Source of the DNA: Cyanobacteria bacterium P01_A01_bin.123
GTDB lineage: Bacteria > Cyanobacteriota > Cyanobacteriia > Phormidesmidales > Phormidesmidaceae
Assembly: GCA_039815185.1 (NCBI GenBank)
Contig: JBCBZT010000064.1
Span: forward strand, 1-36,466
Direction: 5' to 3'
Length of the DNA stretch: 36,466 nucleotides
Numbering within the stretch: the stretch's first letter is position 1; each line of letters starts with the position of its first letter. The position numbers were made by a program, and so were the translations under genes. Shown here piece after piece: positions 19,042-27,465 of the stretch. The notes beneath the pieces are model-generated. The model did not search any database. It saw only the letters and a list, made by a program, of their open reading frames with translations, and had not been told where the DNA came from.

Positions 19042-19734
19042 CTAGAGCGCTATCGGGCTTAATAGTTCATCGAGTTCTGGATCCTCAACGGCATCGGCCA
19101 ACATGGCATCCGTCGCCTCTAAATAGATGGCTCGAATATCATCAGGAAGTGAGGCTTCTAGCTGGTGATAAGCCACTTGCAAGCGGCTCTTAACGTCTGT
19201 GGGTGACACGCGATCGCCTTCAGCCTGTAAATAGGCTGCAATCCGGGTCTCACTCCAGTGGAATGTCTTAGCCATTACCACCATCAACCGCTGGGTCGGA
19301 TCTAAGCGATCGAGGGCGCGCTCGACATAACACCATAGCGGGGGTGACGCCTCCGCTATGCTGTAGTGAATCGCCTCAACGTCAGGCAACAGCACTTGAT
19401 TGATACACAGGGCTGTCACGTTAATAATCCAATTTTGTAACGTAAAAGATGATTTCTCTCCCTTAGCCGTTTCCGCTGGGGGCAATTCGAGCCCCCCAAG
19501 TTCGTGCAGCAGGTGTCGCCACGTCAAGGCAAACAAGTATTCACCCTGCACCGGAGATTTAGCCGTATGGCTAATCAAGCTAAATACCAGAGCACTGTAG
19601 CGGCAAAACAGCGCCGTAAAATACTTACCCGCTTCAGGGTTACGCTGGAAAGCAGACAGCAAAGCCTGATCGCTGTAATGAGCCAGGGACTGAGTAATTG
19701 AGTGATTGCACTCAGGGAAATTGGGAAGTTTCAC
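19042..19734 (-). CDS. sigma-70/ECF sigma factor-like protein
   Basis: Region-2-like 'SDQALL...FTALFCRY' and region-4-like 'ALDRLDPTQRLMVVM...WSETRIAAYL'. Confidence 0.7.
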   Translation of the reverse strand: MKLPNFPECNHSITQSLAHYSDQALLSAFQRNPEAGKYFTALFCRYSALVFSLISHTAKSPVQGEYLFALTWRHLLHELGGLELPPAETAKGEKSSFTLQNWIINVTALCINQVLLPDVEAIHYSIAEASPPLWCYVERALDRLDPTQRLMVVMAKTFHWSETRIAAYLQAEGDRVSPTDVKSRLQVAYHQLEASLPDDIRAIYLEATDAMLADAVEDPELDELLSPIAL

Positions 19735-19806
19735 AGGTACTAATACTTGCTAATGCTATGGAGGTTAGGGAACACCGACGCGTGAACAGCTCCTAATATA
19801 CCGACT

Positions 19807-19831
19807 GTGCTCAAATATGGGCACTTTTTTT
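19807..19831 (+). terminator. rho-independent terminator-like hairpin
   Basis: GTGCTCA-AATA-TGGGCAC stem followed by T7. Confidence 0.5.
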
Positions 19832-20023
19832 ACAAAACCCCTTTAATCTCTGTTGGCCCCCATCTCGAAAGTATTATGGACATCTCCTCCTGCGAGATGA
19901 AAAACAGATTGATACACTATAAAAAGTTCAGCACGGATTTTAGGCACTCCCCCCTAGTGGAACAGCTGCTTCACTGCTGAATATTTACTTTGATGACCTA
20001 CATAACATCCGTCTTAGATCTTC

Positions 20024-20611
20024 ATGGTTGCAGTCGTTTCACCCATCATTGCCTTACCTCAAACCTTGGGCTCATTTTGGGGGCTCCCCCTCGACAGTCT
20101 CCTATCGACCCAAGGCATCATGGTGATGCTGCTGGTGGCCTACGCTGGAGCGATGTGGATGTTTCTGACCAGTGCCCCCAAGGTTCACACGATGATGGTG
20201 TCCGACATAGAAACGGCGCGGCAATTTTATGAAAATCTTTTGAATCTGCCCGCAGCGGATGTGCCTCTACACTACTACTACAATTACGAACAGACGCTTG
20301 GCGCTGCTGGCATCGACCCACTCTACATGTCCGGAGGGCTGAGCAACCCTACCGATCGGGCTCTTAGTAGTCCAGACGGGTTGTGGTATCAACTCAAAAA
20401 AAATACTCAGCTCCACGTTATTACTGGCGCCAGCTTAGGTCACCGCAATCGCCAACGTCACGTTTGCTTCGATCATGACTGCCTCGAACAGGTGCTGATG
20501 CAAGTTCAAAGGCAGGGCGTCAAATACAAAATCCGCCGCGATCGCCCCTTGAACTTCCTGGTCAAAGACTATGATGGCCGGGTAATTGAAATGGCTGAGA
20601 TCTCTAGTTAA
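20024..20611 (+). CDS. glyoxalase/VOC-like domain protein with N-terminal TM segment
   Basis: VHTMMVSDIETARQFY, RHVCF and VKDYDGRVIEM VOC motifs. Confidence 0.8.
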   Translation: MVAVVSPIIALPQTLGSFWGLPLDSLLSTQGIMVMLLVAYAGAMWMFLTSAPKVHTMMVSDIETARQFYENLLNLPAADVPLHYYYNYEQTLGAAGIDPLYMSGGLSNPTDRALSSPDGLWYQLKKNTQLHVITGASLGHRNRQRHVCFDHDCLEQVLMQVQRQGVKYKIRRDRPLNFLVKDYDGRVIEMAEISS

Positions 20612-20726
20612 ACCCTAAAACACTGCGCTAGATAGCCACCGCTGGGAACCTAAGCCATACCGGACTTTCAGGGAAGTTGGGAGCTTATAGCTCAGGAAGC
20701 GGTGGGGATCTTCATGTGGGAAAGGT

Positions 20727-21434
20727 TTAGAGATCGTACTCATCGGGATAGGATGACATTCTTCGAGAAGGTCGCAGTTGAGGAGGGGGCAAAAACTCCT
20801 GCTCATAATAGCGATAGGGTGGTGGCATAGGCGCAGGAGGATACATCAGAGGAGCGGCAGAGTTTCTCGGCGTGCGCCGGGGAGCCTGGGACATCATGAT
20901 CAAAATGCCAATTAGCGTAATCCCGCCCGCCCCAATAATCGCAATAAAAAAACCTGCTCCAACCCATACCACGATCGTTTGGGCATCTTTAGGTTGCCCG
21001 TCTAGGTTACTCAAGCGCCGTTGTTGGTCGCTAATGACATCTAGCGATCGCTGCTGGTCATCTAGCCTAGCGAGCAAATCTACACGATCGGTTTCCTGCC
21101 GTTCTACTTTGTTTTCTAAATCTCGAATCAGCAGTTCTTGATCTTCAAGCTGATCTTCAAGCCGCTGGGCTAGGGTTTGTTGGCGATCGATTTCTCGTTG
21201 GAGCTGCTGTTCTCTGCGATCGCGAGTATCGCTACTATCCCCCTCAGGCAGATCTTGTGGTGTTGGCGGCGGGGGCACGGGAATAGGGGCCAATATCTCG
21301 GTTTCACCAGAATTTGGCACACGACTCTGAACCACTGGCGGCGATTCATCTAGGGTAACCCTAGCCAATACCAACAGTAGCGCCGCCATACCTGTCGTCG
21401 CGCATCCCGCTAAAAAAGACGATGTATCACTCAT
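20727..21434 (-). CDS. membrane protein with coiled coil, PatN-like architecture
   Basis: N-terminal hydrophobic segment, Pro-rich linker, coiled coil, TM helix and a Pro-rich EFLPP tail. The PatN resemblance is from memory. Confidence 0.7.
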   Translation of the reverse strand: MSDTSSFLAGCATTGMAALLLVLARVTLDESPPVVQSRVPNSGETEILAPIPVPPPPTPQDLPEGDSSDTRDRREQQLQREIDRQQTLAQRLEDQLEDQELLIRDLENKVERQETDRVDLLARLDDQQRSLDVISDQQRRLSNLDGQPKDAQTIVVWVGAGFFIAIIGAGGITLIGILIMMSQAPRRTPRNSAAPLMYPPAPMPPPYRYYEQEFLPPPQLRPSRRMSSYPDEYDL

Positions 21435-21644
21435 TTACTCGCCGATCGACATGGGCAGAATTGTCGTACACCAACCAATGCTGACAATCGCCACCCTGTT
21501 TAGGAACACTATCTTCACCAGTCAAACAGGCATTTATTGATTTATTAATAATTTAGACCTGCACTACTGTAATTCACTCAGGGCAATTGTGGATTAGGGT
21601 TCCCCCCCCCTTAGCTCAGACCGAAGAGCTAACCATAGTTATAA

Positions 21645-21671
21645 CAACTGTCACAACACTTTGTGCAGTTG
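21645..21671 (-). terminator. hairpin downstream of the CPBP gene
   Basis: CAACTG-T-CACAA / TTGTG-CAGTTG stem about 25 bp after the stop codon. Confidence 0.35.
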
Positions 21672-21695
21672 CAGGCAGATTGATTTTTTAGCCCA

Positions 21696-22277
21696 CTAAG
21701 CCTTGCGAACTTTCCACAGCAATGCCGAAACCAAATTGGCACAGACATGAGCCACAATCGGTACGAGCAGATTTCCAGTTTCTACAGCACCCCAACCCAA
21801 ACTCAGCCCTACGACGGTTGCCCAAACAACATAAGGCCACTGCTGCAGGCTACTCAGGTGCAACACCCCAAAACAAAGGCTCGAGAACACAATGCCATTC
21901 AGATTTAAACCTAGCGCAGGCAGCATCACCCCTCGAAACAGTAATTCTTCACTTAACCCCGGCAACAGCCCCATCCAAATCAGATCAGCTATCAGCAACG
22001 GCTTGAGCACAAATTCAAGGTAAAAATTAGCACTCCGCCGATAAGCTGGCCAAACCTGGTATATCGCTGCACTAGCCAAAACAATGCTGGCACCTAGTCC
22101 AAAACCCAAAAGCAAATGATCGAGTTGCCAAGTCAAAGGTAAGGCAGAAACAGCATCGAACAACAGCCAAAATCTAGAAATCAGCAGCAGCACCAAAGCA
22201 GTGACCGCCATTGCTGCCAATAGCTGAATTCGGCCCAGGGGTTGAGCTTGAGGATGGTTGGGAGGTTGGGAATTCAC
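21696..22277 (-). CDS. CPBP (Abi/CAAX type II) intramembrane metalloprotease
   Basis: EELLFRG, FGVLH and HVCAN motifs. Probable GTG start at 22277. Confidence 0.9.
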   Translation of the reverse strand: MNSQPPNHPQAQPLGRIQLLAAMAVTALVLLLISRFWLLFDAVSALPLTWQLDHLLLGFGLGASIVLASAAIYQVWPAYRRSANFYLEFVLKPLLIADLIWMGLLPGLSEELLFRGVMLPALGLNLNGIVFSSLCFGVLHLSSLQQWPYVVWATVVGLSLGWGAVETGNLLVPIVAHVCANLVSALLWKVRKA

Positions 22278-22552
22278 AGATGCGATCGCGACGATAACCA
22301 ACAGTACCTTATAGGCTAACCCTTCCCAGCTTAGTGCTGCCAATTAAAATCTTGAGAATTTTGCAGCTTGTGCCCCAGCAACCGCAATCACCAATACAAT
22401 CCAGAACGTCACTTGCCAGAGTTTTTTGAATTAATGTCAACCATTCTCAAAGATTCTTGAACTTTTCGTTTTTTTCTTTATTTTCTTTGCCACCGTTAGG
22501 GAAACGGCGCTGCAAATCTGCTTGAGCCAGGACGTTTCTCAAGTACCTCCCG

Positions 22553-22711
22553 ATGAAAATCAAGCTTTATCCCCAAACAACTGATCAGAGGGCTGGTAAG
22601 GTTTCAGCACCTTTGGTTTACCACGACGATCCTGACGCTGTTGAGCGACTCTGTGATGATTTAGAAACCCTCAATCGACTCTGGGAAATATACGGTCCCC
22701 ATCCTCAGTAA
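22553..22711 (+). CDS. putative small protein (52 aa), below the ORF-track cutoff
   Basis: MKIKLYPQTTDQRAGKVSAPLVYHDDPDAVERLCDDLETLNRLWEIYGPHPQ, found in an otherwise empty gap of about 530 bp. Confidence 0.45.
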   Translation: MKIKLYPQTTDQRAGKVSAPLVYHDDPDAVERLCDDLETLNRLWEIYGPHPQ

Positions 22712-22809
22712 ATACAATCAATCATTAACAAACGCGCTCATCAGCACCGAAATCCTAGATATGGAGTAGAATCGCTAGGTAAAATCTACAAATAGCGTGT
22801 AACTGGTCA

Positions 22810-23451
22810 ATGATCACGCCAGAGCAACCGTCTCTGCTATCCTACAGCGAACAAAAAGCGGCTAGATTCTCTAGCTATGCCAACGAGCAGCCAAACTTAG
22901 TCCTCACAGCATCTGAGTTAACCGTCTGGAAACAGCGTATTTTGCAATTTCAACAGCAAGTACGGCAGAGTTCCCCAACAACACAAGGCGTACTCTTTGC
23001 TTCAGTTCGGCCCAACCAACCCATTGACGACGATGTCGATCCCTTTACGCTACCTCAAGAAAATATCGATTTTTGGCGGCAAAGCGTTACGGATGTCGGT
23101 ACCTCAGCCCTTTACTTTGTCATTGATCACACCGAGCCAATCTTGCTCTACGTGGGCGAAACTATAAAATCAAATCAACGCTGGAAAGGCGTGCACGACT
23201 GCAAACGATATGTGTCCCATTATCTGACAACCCACAATCAGCTAAACCTTCAAACCACCGTCAATATAGGTTTTTGGCGTAATGCCCCCAGCGATCGCAA
23301 AGCAAGACAACAATTGGAACGTCGACTGATTCACCAATGGCGATCGCCCTTCAACAAGGAAAATTGGGACTTCTGGGGTACACCCTTTGCCGGCAAACGC
23401 CCCCCAAACACTGGGCAAACAGGACTCTATAGTAGCCACCCAGACGACTAG
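22810..23451 (+). CDS. GIY-YIG nuclease family protein
   Basis: ALYFV...LYVGET...RW..H and a later Glu in 'LERRLI'. Confidence 0.8.
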   Translation: MITPEQPSLLSYSEQKAARFSSYANEQPNLVLTASELTVWKQRILQFQQQVRQSSPTTQGVLFASVRPNQPIDDDVDPFTLPQENIDFWRQSVTDVGTSALYFVIDHTEPILLYVGETIKSNQRWKGVHDCKRYVSHYLTTHNQLNLQTTVNIGFWRNAPSDRKARQQLERRLIHQWRSPFNKENWDFWGTPFAGKRPPNTGQTGLYSSHPDD

Positions 23452-23460
23452 CATGCGGCT

Positions 23461-23526
23461 GCAAGCCAGGTTACCTATGGACTGAGCACTCCAAAAATGC
23501 TCGGTGCATTAAGCAAGCTGGACAGC
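23461..23526. repeat. second, diverged copy of the 3181-3284 hairpin element
   Basis: 50/66 ungapped identity to 3213-3278 by manual alignment, including an exact 17-mer CTCGGTGCATTAAGCAA. Confidence 0.85.
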
Positions 23527-23542
23527 ACAAAGCCAGGCAGGT

Positions 23543-24535
23543 TTAGCTATGTACGCTGTTGTCTGGCATAGTTGTCCCTGTCAAGTTCGCTTGGTTTAAA
23601 TTAGTGCTGCTCAACTCAGCGCGGGTCAAAATAGCATTGGTCAGATTGGCTTCAATCAGTTTAGCCCGAGCGAGATACGCATCGGTTAGATTCGCCTCAG
23701 TCAAATCCGCCCCCTTGAGGTTGGCACGACTTAGATCAGCCCGCAGCAGCCGTCCATACCTCAAATTGACTTGTAATAACTTTGCTAGCTTTAGATTTGC
23801 CTCCGTAAAATTTCCCCACTCCAAACAGGCATAGTTCAAATCGGCTTCTAGCAAATTGGCCCGTTGCAATCTGGCATTGGTCAAATTTGCTTGGCGCAAA
23901 TCAGCCCCCGACAAGACAGCATCTGTCAATAAAGCACTGGTTAAATTGGCCCCTCTCAAGTTAGCGCCATGCAGATTCGCCTCTCTTAAGCTCACCTCTT
24001 GAAGATTAGCGCCACTAAAATCTACATAGGCTAAATCAGCACCACTTAAATTAGCCCCCTGCAAATCAGCCTGATGTAGCTTTGCCCCACGCAAGTTTGC
24101 CACTATTTTACGCGTTTCCTGACGCAGGTTCGCCCCCCGCAAACAAGCCCCCGTGAGGTTGGCCCCAGCCAAATTAGCATTACGCAAATCAACATCAATT
24201 AGATTCGCATCTAACAGGTCAGCCAAGGTCAAATCAGCATCGTAGAGTACAGCTCCCTGCAAACTAGCCCCATGCAAATCAGCATCATTCAGGTTACATC
24301 CTGACAGTTCAGCCTGGTTGAGGTTGGCACCACTCAGGTGGGCATGGGCCAAATTTGCCCGTTTAAAGTTCACCCGACTGAGATATGCCATCGTTAAATC
24401 GGCACTTTCTAAGTCGGCATAGGCCAAATTAATGCCGATTAAGTCAGCCTTTGCCAAATCAGCGCCCACTAAATTGACCCCCCTGAAATTGAATTGCCCA
24501 GACCTGTAGGCCTCTAGCAATGCTTCAGTCGTCAT
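23543..24535 (-). CDS. pentapeptide repeat protein
   Basis: Continuous A(D/N)Lxx repeats. The start could alternatively be 24547. Confidence 0.95.
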   Translation of the reverse strand: MTTEALLEAYRSGQFNFRGVNLVGADLAKADLIGINLAYADLESADLTMAYLSRVNFKRANLAHAHLSGANLNQAELSGCNLNDADLHGASLQGAVLYDADLTLADLLDANLIDVDLRNANLAGANLTGACLRGANLRQETRKIVANLRGAKLHQADLQGANLSGADLAYVDFSGANLQEVSLREANLHGANLRGANLTSALLTDAVLSGADLRQANLTNARLQRANLLEADLNYACLEWGNFTEANLKLAKLLQVNLRYGRLLRADLSRANLKGADLTEANLTDAYLARAKLIEANLTNAILTRAELSSTNLNQANLTGTTMPDNSVHS

Positions 24536-24595
24536 GGATGCGAACATGGATGGCTATAGTTCCTATCACATAAAGAGGGAGCTTCAACAAATTAC

Positions 24596-26356
24596 TCAAC
24601 TGGCGACCACAGACACAGCGGGATAGTAAGGCTTCATGGCTTGGGATAGAGCGCCTGCAACCTGGGTATTTTCGTCGTTTTCCCCCAAGCAGTGAGCAAT
24701 AATCTCAAGCTTACTCTCTAGATCGTCGAAAGTTTCACAATAATCAAACACGCCTCTGACGAGATCGTCAATCGTCTGCGATCTGAGGTATGACCAGTCT
24801 GGCGGGGCAAACCCAAATGGCCCATGTAAGCAAGAATACAACAGCAGCTTAGCCCGTAGTGGATTGGTGTAGCGCATGATTTCGAGACGCAAATCAAACA
24901 GATTGGTTCGATCTTTCACTGGCGTTGATGTTGCCCTTAAACTCCCCCCACCCTCTTCTTGAGTACTCACATGCCGCAGCGGAGCGCTGTAGACCTGGGT
25001 CGTTTCGTGCATTTGAGGGGAAGCAACAGTACCAATGCGCGTCATACTAGCCAGTAGTTCACCCGCTTTAGGAATGGGTGCTGCAAGTCTGTGTGCCTCG
25101 TGTCCATTGACATAGAGTGTCCGGCAATAGTACAAAATTGTATTGGCGACACGGGTATAAACACCTTGACGATTTAAGCGTTTAATCGCTTGGCTGAGAC
25201 GATACTTTAAATCCCTGGGCGTTGGAGCCAGTTGGTGGAGGCGCTGAACCAAATCTTGGCTATCCAATTGGGCTAGGGCATCAGGATTATTTTCCCAAGC
25301 ACTATAGCAAATACAGTACATCAGCTTTTTGATGCGATGACAGTTTGAAGCCCCTTCAAGCTGGGTAGCAACCTGCTGATAAAGATACTCAATCGAATTG
25401 CCATCATCAGAGTCCTGAGACACCAACTCATCAGGCTCTACCTCCAACTCAGCATAGAGAATAGCTAAGTTTTGAACAATTACAGGCGCGATCGCAGCAT
25501 ATTGACTCTTACGGTTTAGCGACGCCACCACCCGATTCAGTTCGGCTTCACACTGCTCCAGGGTGGAGTACCGCTGCAATAGGGTATCTACTAAATCCGC
25601 TAATTCAAACCGAGCCAGCACTTCTGAGTCATTTTCCCAAGTCTCATGACAAGTCCCAAAAATCAGCTTTTTAATTCGTTGCTGTTCCGGATGATGACTC
25701 AAGGTCTGAACCACAGCCATGCAAGGATTCACTGTGGCCAGGGGTGCCGTTGACCCCAAAGATGCCGAAGCTGAAGCCAGTTCAGCCCTTGACGACAGGG
25801 TTTTATCTTCAGACTCAGACAAGTGCACCTTATAGGAGGGAACCGGTTCTTGAATATTCTTGAGTTGAACCGGCCCTAGATAGGTCGTATTCAGGTTCAA
25901 ACGAGCCTTAACAACATCGTAAATTGTTTGCGAAATGCACAAGCCCCCAGGGTCAGCATGATTTTGCAGGCGCGCAGCTATATTGACCCCATTACCCAAC
26001 ACATCAACTTGATTGAACAAAACATCCCCTAAATGGATGCCAATACGATGATCTAAGTACAGTCCCTCAGCAGCTACATGCGAGAATTCTCGGAGCCGTC
26101 GCTGCATCTCTAAGCCACAGGCAACCGCCTGTACCGCACTGACAAAATACATTAACAGCCCGTCACCGGTTGATTTGAGGACTTGCCCCTCAAATTCGTT
26201 GCACAAACTGCCAAAGAGATCTAAATCACGCTGGATCAAATGCAGTGTCGTTTCTTCGTCAACAGACATCCGAGCGCTGAAGCCAACGGCATCCGTCAGC
26301 ATGATGGCGGCTAGAATACGCTGGCTCCGAGTTGATGGCTGCACTCCAATATCCAT
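24596..26356 (-). CDS. class III adenylate cyclase domain protein with C-terminal helical repeats
   Basis: LTDAVGFS, KSTGDG, RIGIHLGDV, DVLGNGVNIAARLQ. Confidence 0.9.
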   Translation of the reverse strand: MDIGVQPSTRSQRILAAIMLTDAVGFSARMSVDEETTLHLIQRDLDLFGSLCNEFEGQVLKSTGDGLLMYFVSAVQAVACGLEMQRRLREFSHVAAEGLYLDHRIGIHLGDVLFNQVDVLGNGVNIAARLQNHADPGGLCISQTIYDVVKARLNLNTTYLGPVQLKNIQEPVPSYKVHLSESEDKTLSSRAELASASASLGSTAPLATVNPCMAVVQTLSHHPEQQRIKKLIFGTCHETWENDSEVLARFELADLVDTLLQRYSTLEQCEAELNRVVASLNRKSQYAAIAPVIVQNLAILYAELEVEPDELVSQDSDDGNSIEYLYQQVATQLEGASNCHRIKKLMYCICYSAWENNPDALAQLDSQDLVQRLHQLAPTPRDLKYRLSQAIKRLNRQGVYTRVANTILYYCRTLYVNGHEAHRLAAPIPKAGELLASMTRIGTVASPQMHETTQVYSAPLRHVSTQEEGGGSLRATSTPVKDRTNLFDLRLEIMRYTNPLRAKLLLYSCLHGPFGFAPPDWSYLRSQTIDDLVRGVFDYCETFDDLESKLEIIAHCLGENDENTQVAGALSQAMKPYYPAVSVVAS

Positions 26357-26809
26357 GCACTCAAGTACTCTTTCTAGACAGGCCGAGCACTAACCACAAA
26401 CTCAAGCTATGGCTAGCCAACAGCAGGATAATCCAGCGCGATCGCGCTATGCCAATCACAAGACGGTCAATCCGGATCCACCCTAATGCTTGAAAATCGT
26501 CACAGTCAACGTGATGCTGTGCTCCCTGTCTTAAAATGCCCGCTTTTCTAGCGGATACTGCATCGATCCTCCAGCAGATTTCTGGAAAAATACCAAGAAA
26601 CCTCAGATGCCCATCCCATTGGAGCTCCGGTGCAATTAATCCCAAAGTTATCGACTCAGGTCACTCAGAATAAGTGCCGGATAGAAATGATACCTAATCA
26701 CAGCCCTCTCTCTCTGACACTTAGAGACAAAACTGGCCAACCTGATAATCTAAATACCCCCACTCAGATATCTGCTTCAGGAAAGCTAAGACCCTTGAAA
26801 ATATTGAGC

Positions 26810-27445
26810 TTATGGATTAGCTAGACCGAAAGGACATTGGCAAACCGTCAGCATGATCGGCCCCAATAGACAATGGTGAGATTGACAGGTTAACCCGGCG
26901 ACTTCAGCCAAATCTTGACGCATCATTTTTGAGTAGAAACGCAATCCCGTGGGCGACAACAGCCAACTGCGTTGGGGCAATCCCAAAAATTGGGAGGGCA
27001 CGTAATCTGCCAAGTAAAACATTGCCCCTGGTTTGAGCACCCGCGCGACGTCAGCCATCACCGCTTGGGGTTCTGGGTAATGTAGAAAGCTAATGGTGCA
27101 AAATACTGCATCAAACGTTTCAGGATCCGCTGGAATAAAATCGCTACGACCCGAGACAAACTGGAGGCGATCGCGAAAAGATGGTTTTTGTCTCGCTTGG
27201 GCCAGCATGTTTTCAGACAAATCTAGACCCAACCCAGTTAGCGTCGGAAACTGACTCGCCAACCGCCGCAGTAATCGTCCCGTGCCACAGCCCAGATCTA
27301 GCACATAGGCAGTCTCGGGCAAAACGACATACTCCAATAGCCGTTGGTGCACGGCTTGATAAAACACCGAAGGGAGTAACCAGTCATAGGTCGGGGCCCA
27401 ACCGTCGAAGAATTGTTGCTTGTAGTCAATCACTGATTGAGCCAT
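26810..27445 (-). CDS. class I SAM-dependent methyltransferase
   Basis: VLDLGCGTG, GLDLSENML, FDAV, RVLKPG. Confidence 0.92.
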   Translation of the reverse strand: MAQSVIDYKQQFFDGWAPTYDWLLPSVFYQAVHQRLLEYVVLPETAYVLDLGCGTGRLLRRLASQFPTLTGLGLDLSENMLAQARQKPSFRDRLQFVSGRSDFIPADPETFDAVFCTISFLHYPEPQAVMADVARVLKPGAMFYLADYVPSQFLGLPQRSWLLSPTGLRFYSKMMRQDLAEVAGLTCQSHHCLLGPIMLTVCQCPFGLANP

Positions 27446-27465
27446 TAGAGAGCCCTCTGCCCCTA

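Noticed and set aside
23543..24547. Repetitive DNA in the pentapeptide gene
   Set aside because: Fully explained by a common cyanobacterial protein repeat family.
26361..26824. ORFs of 94 aa and 64 aa in the gap between the cyclase and methyltransferase genes
   Set aside because: No motifs or RBS and weak starts. The region is more likely regulatory DNA.
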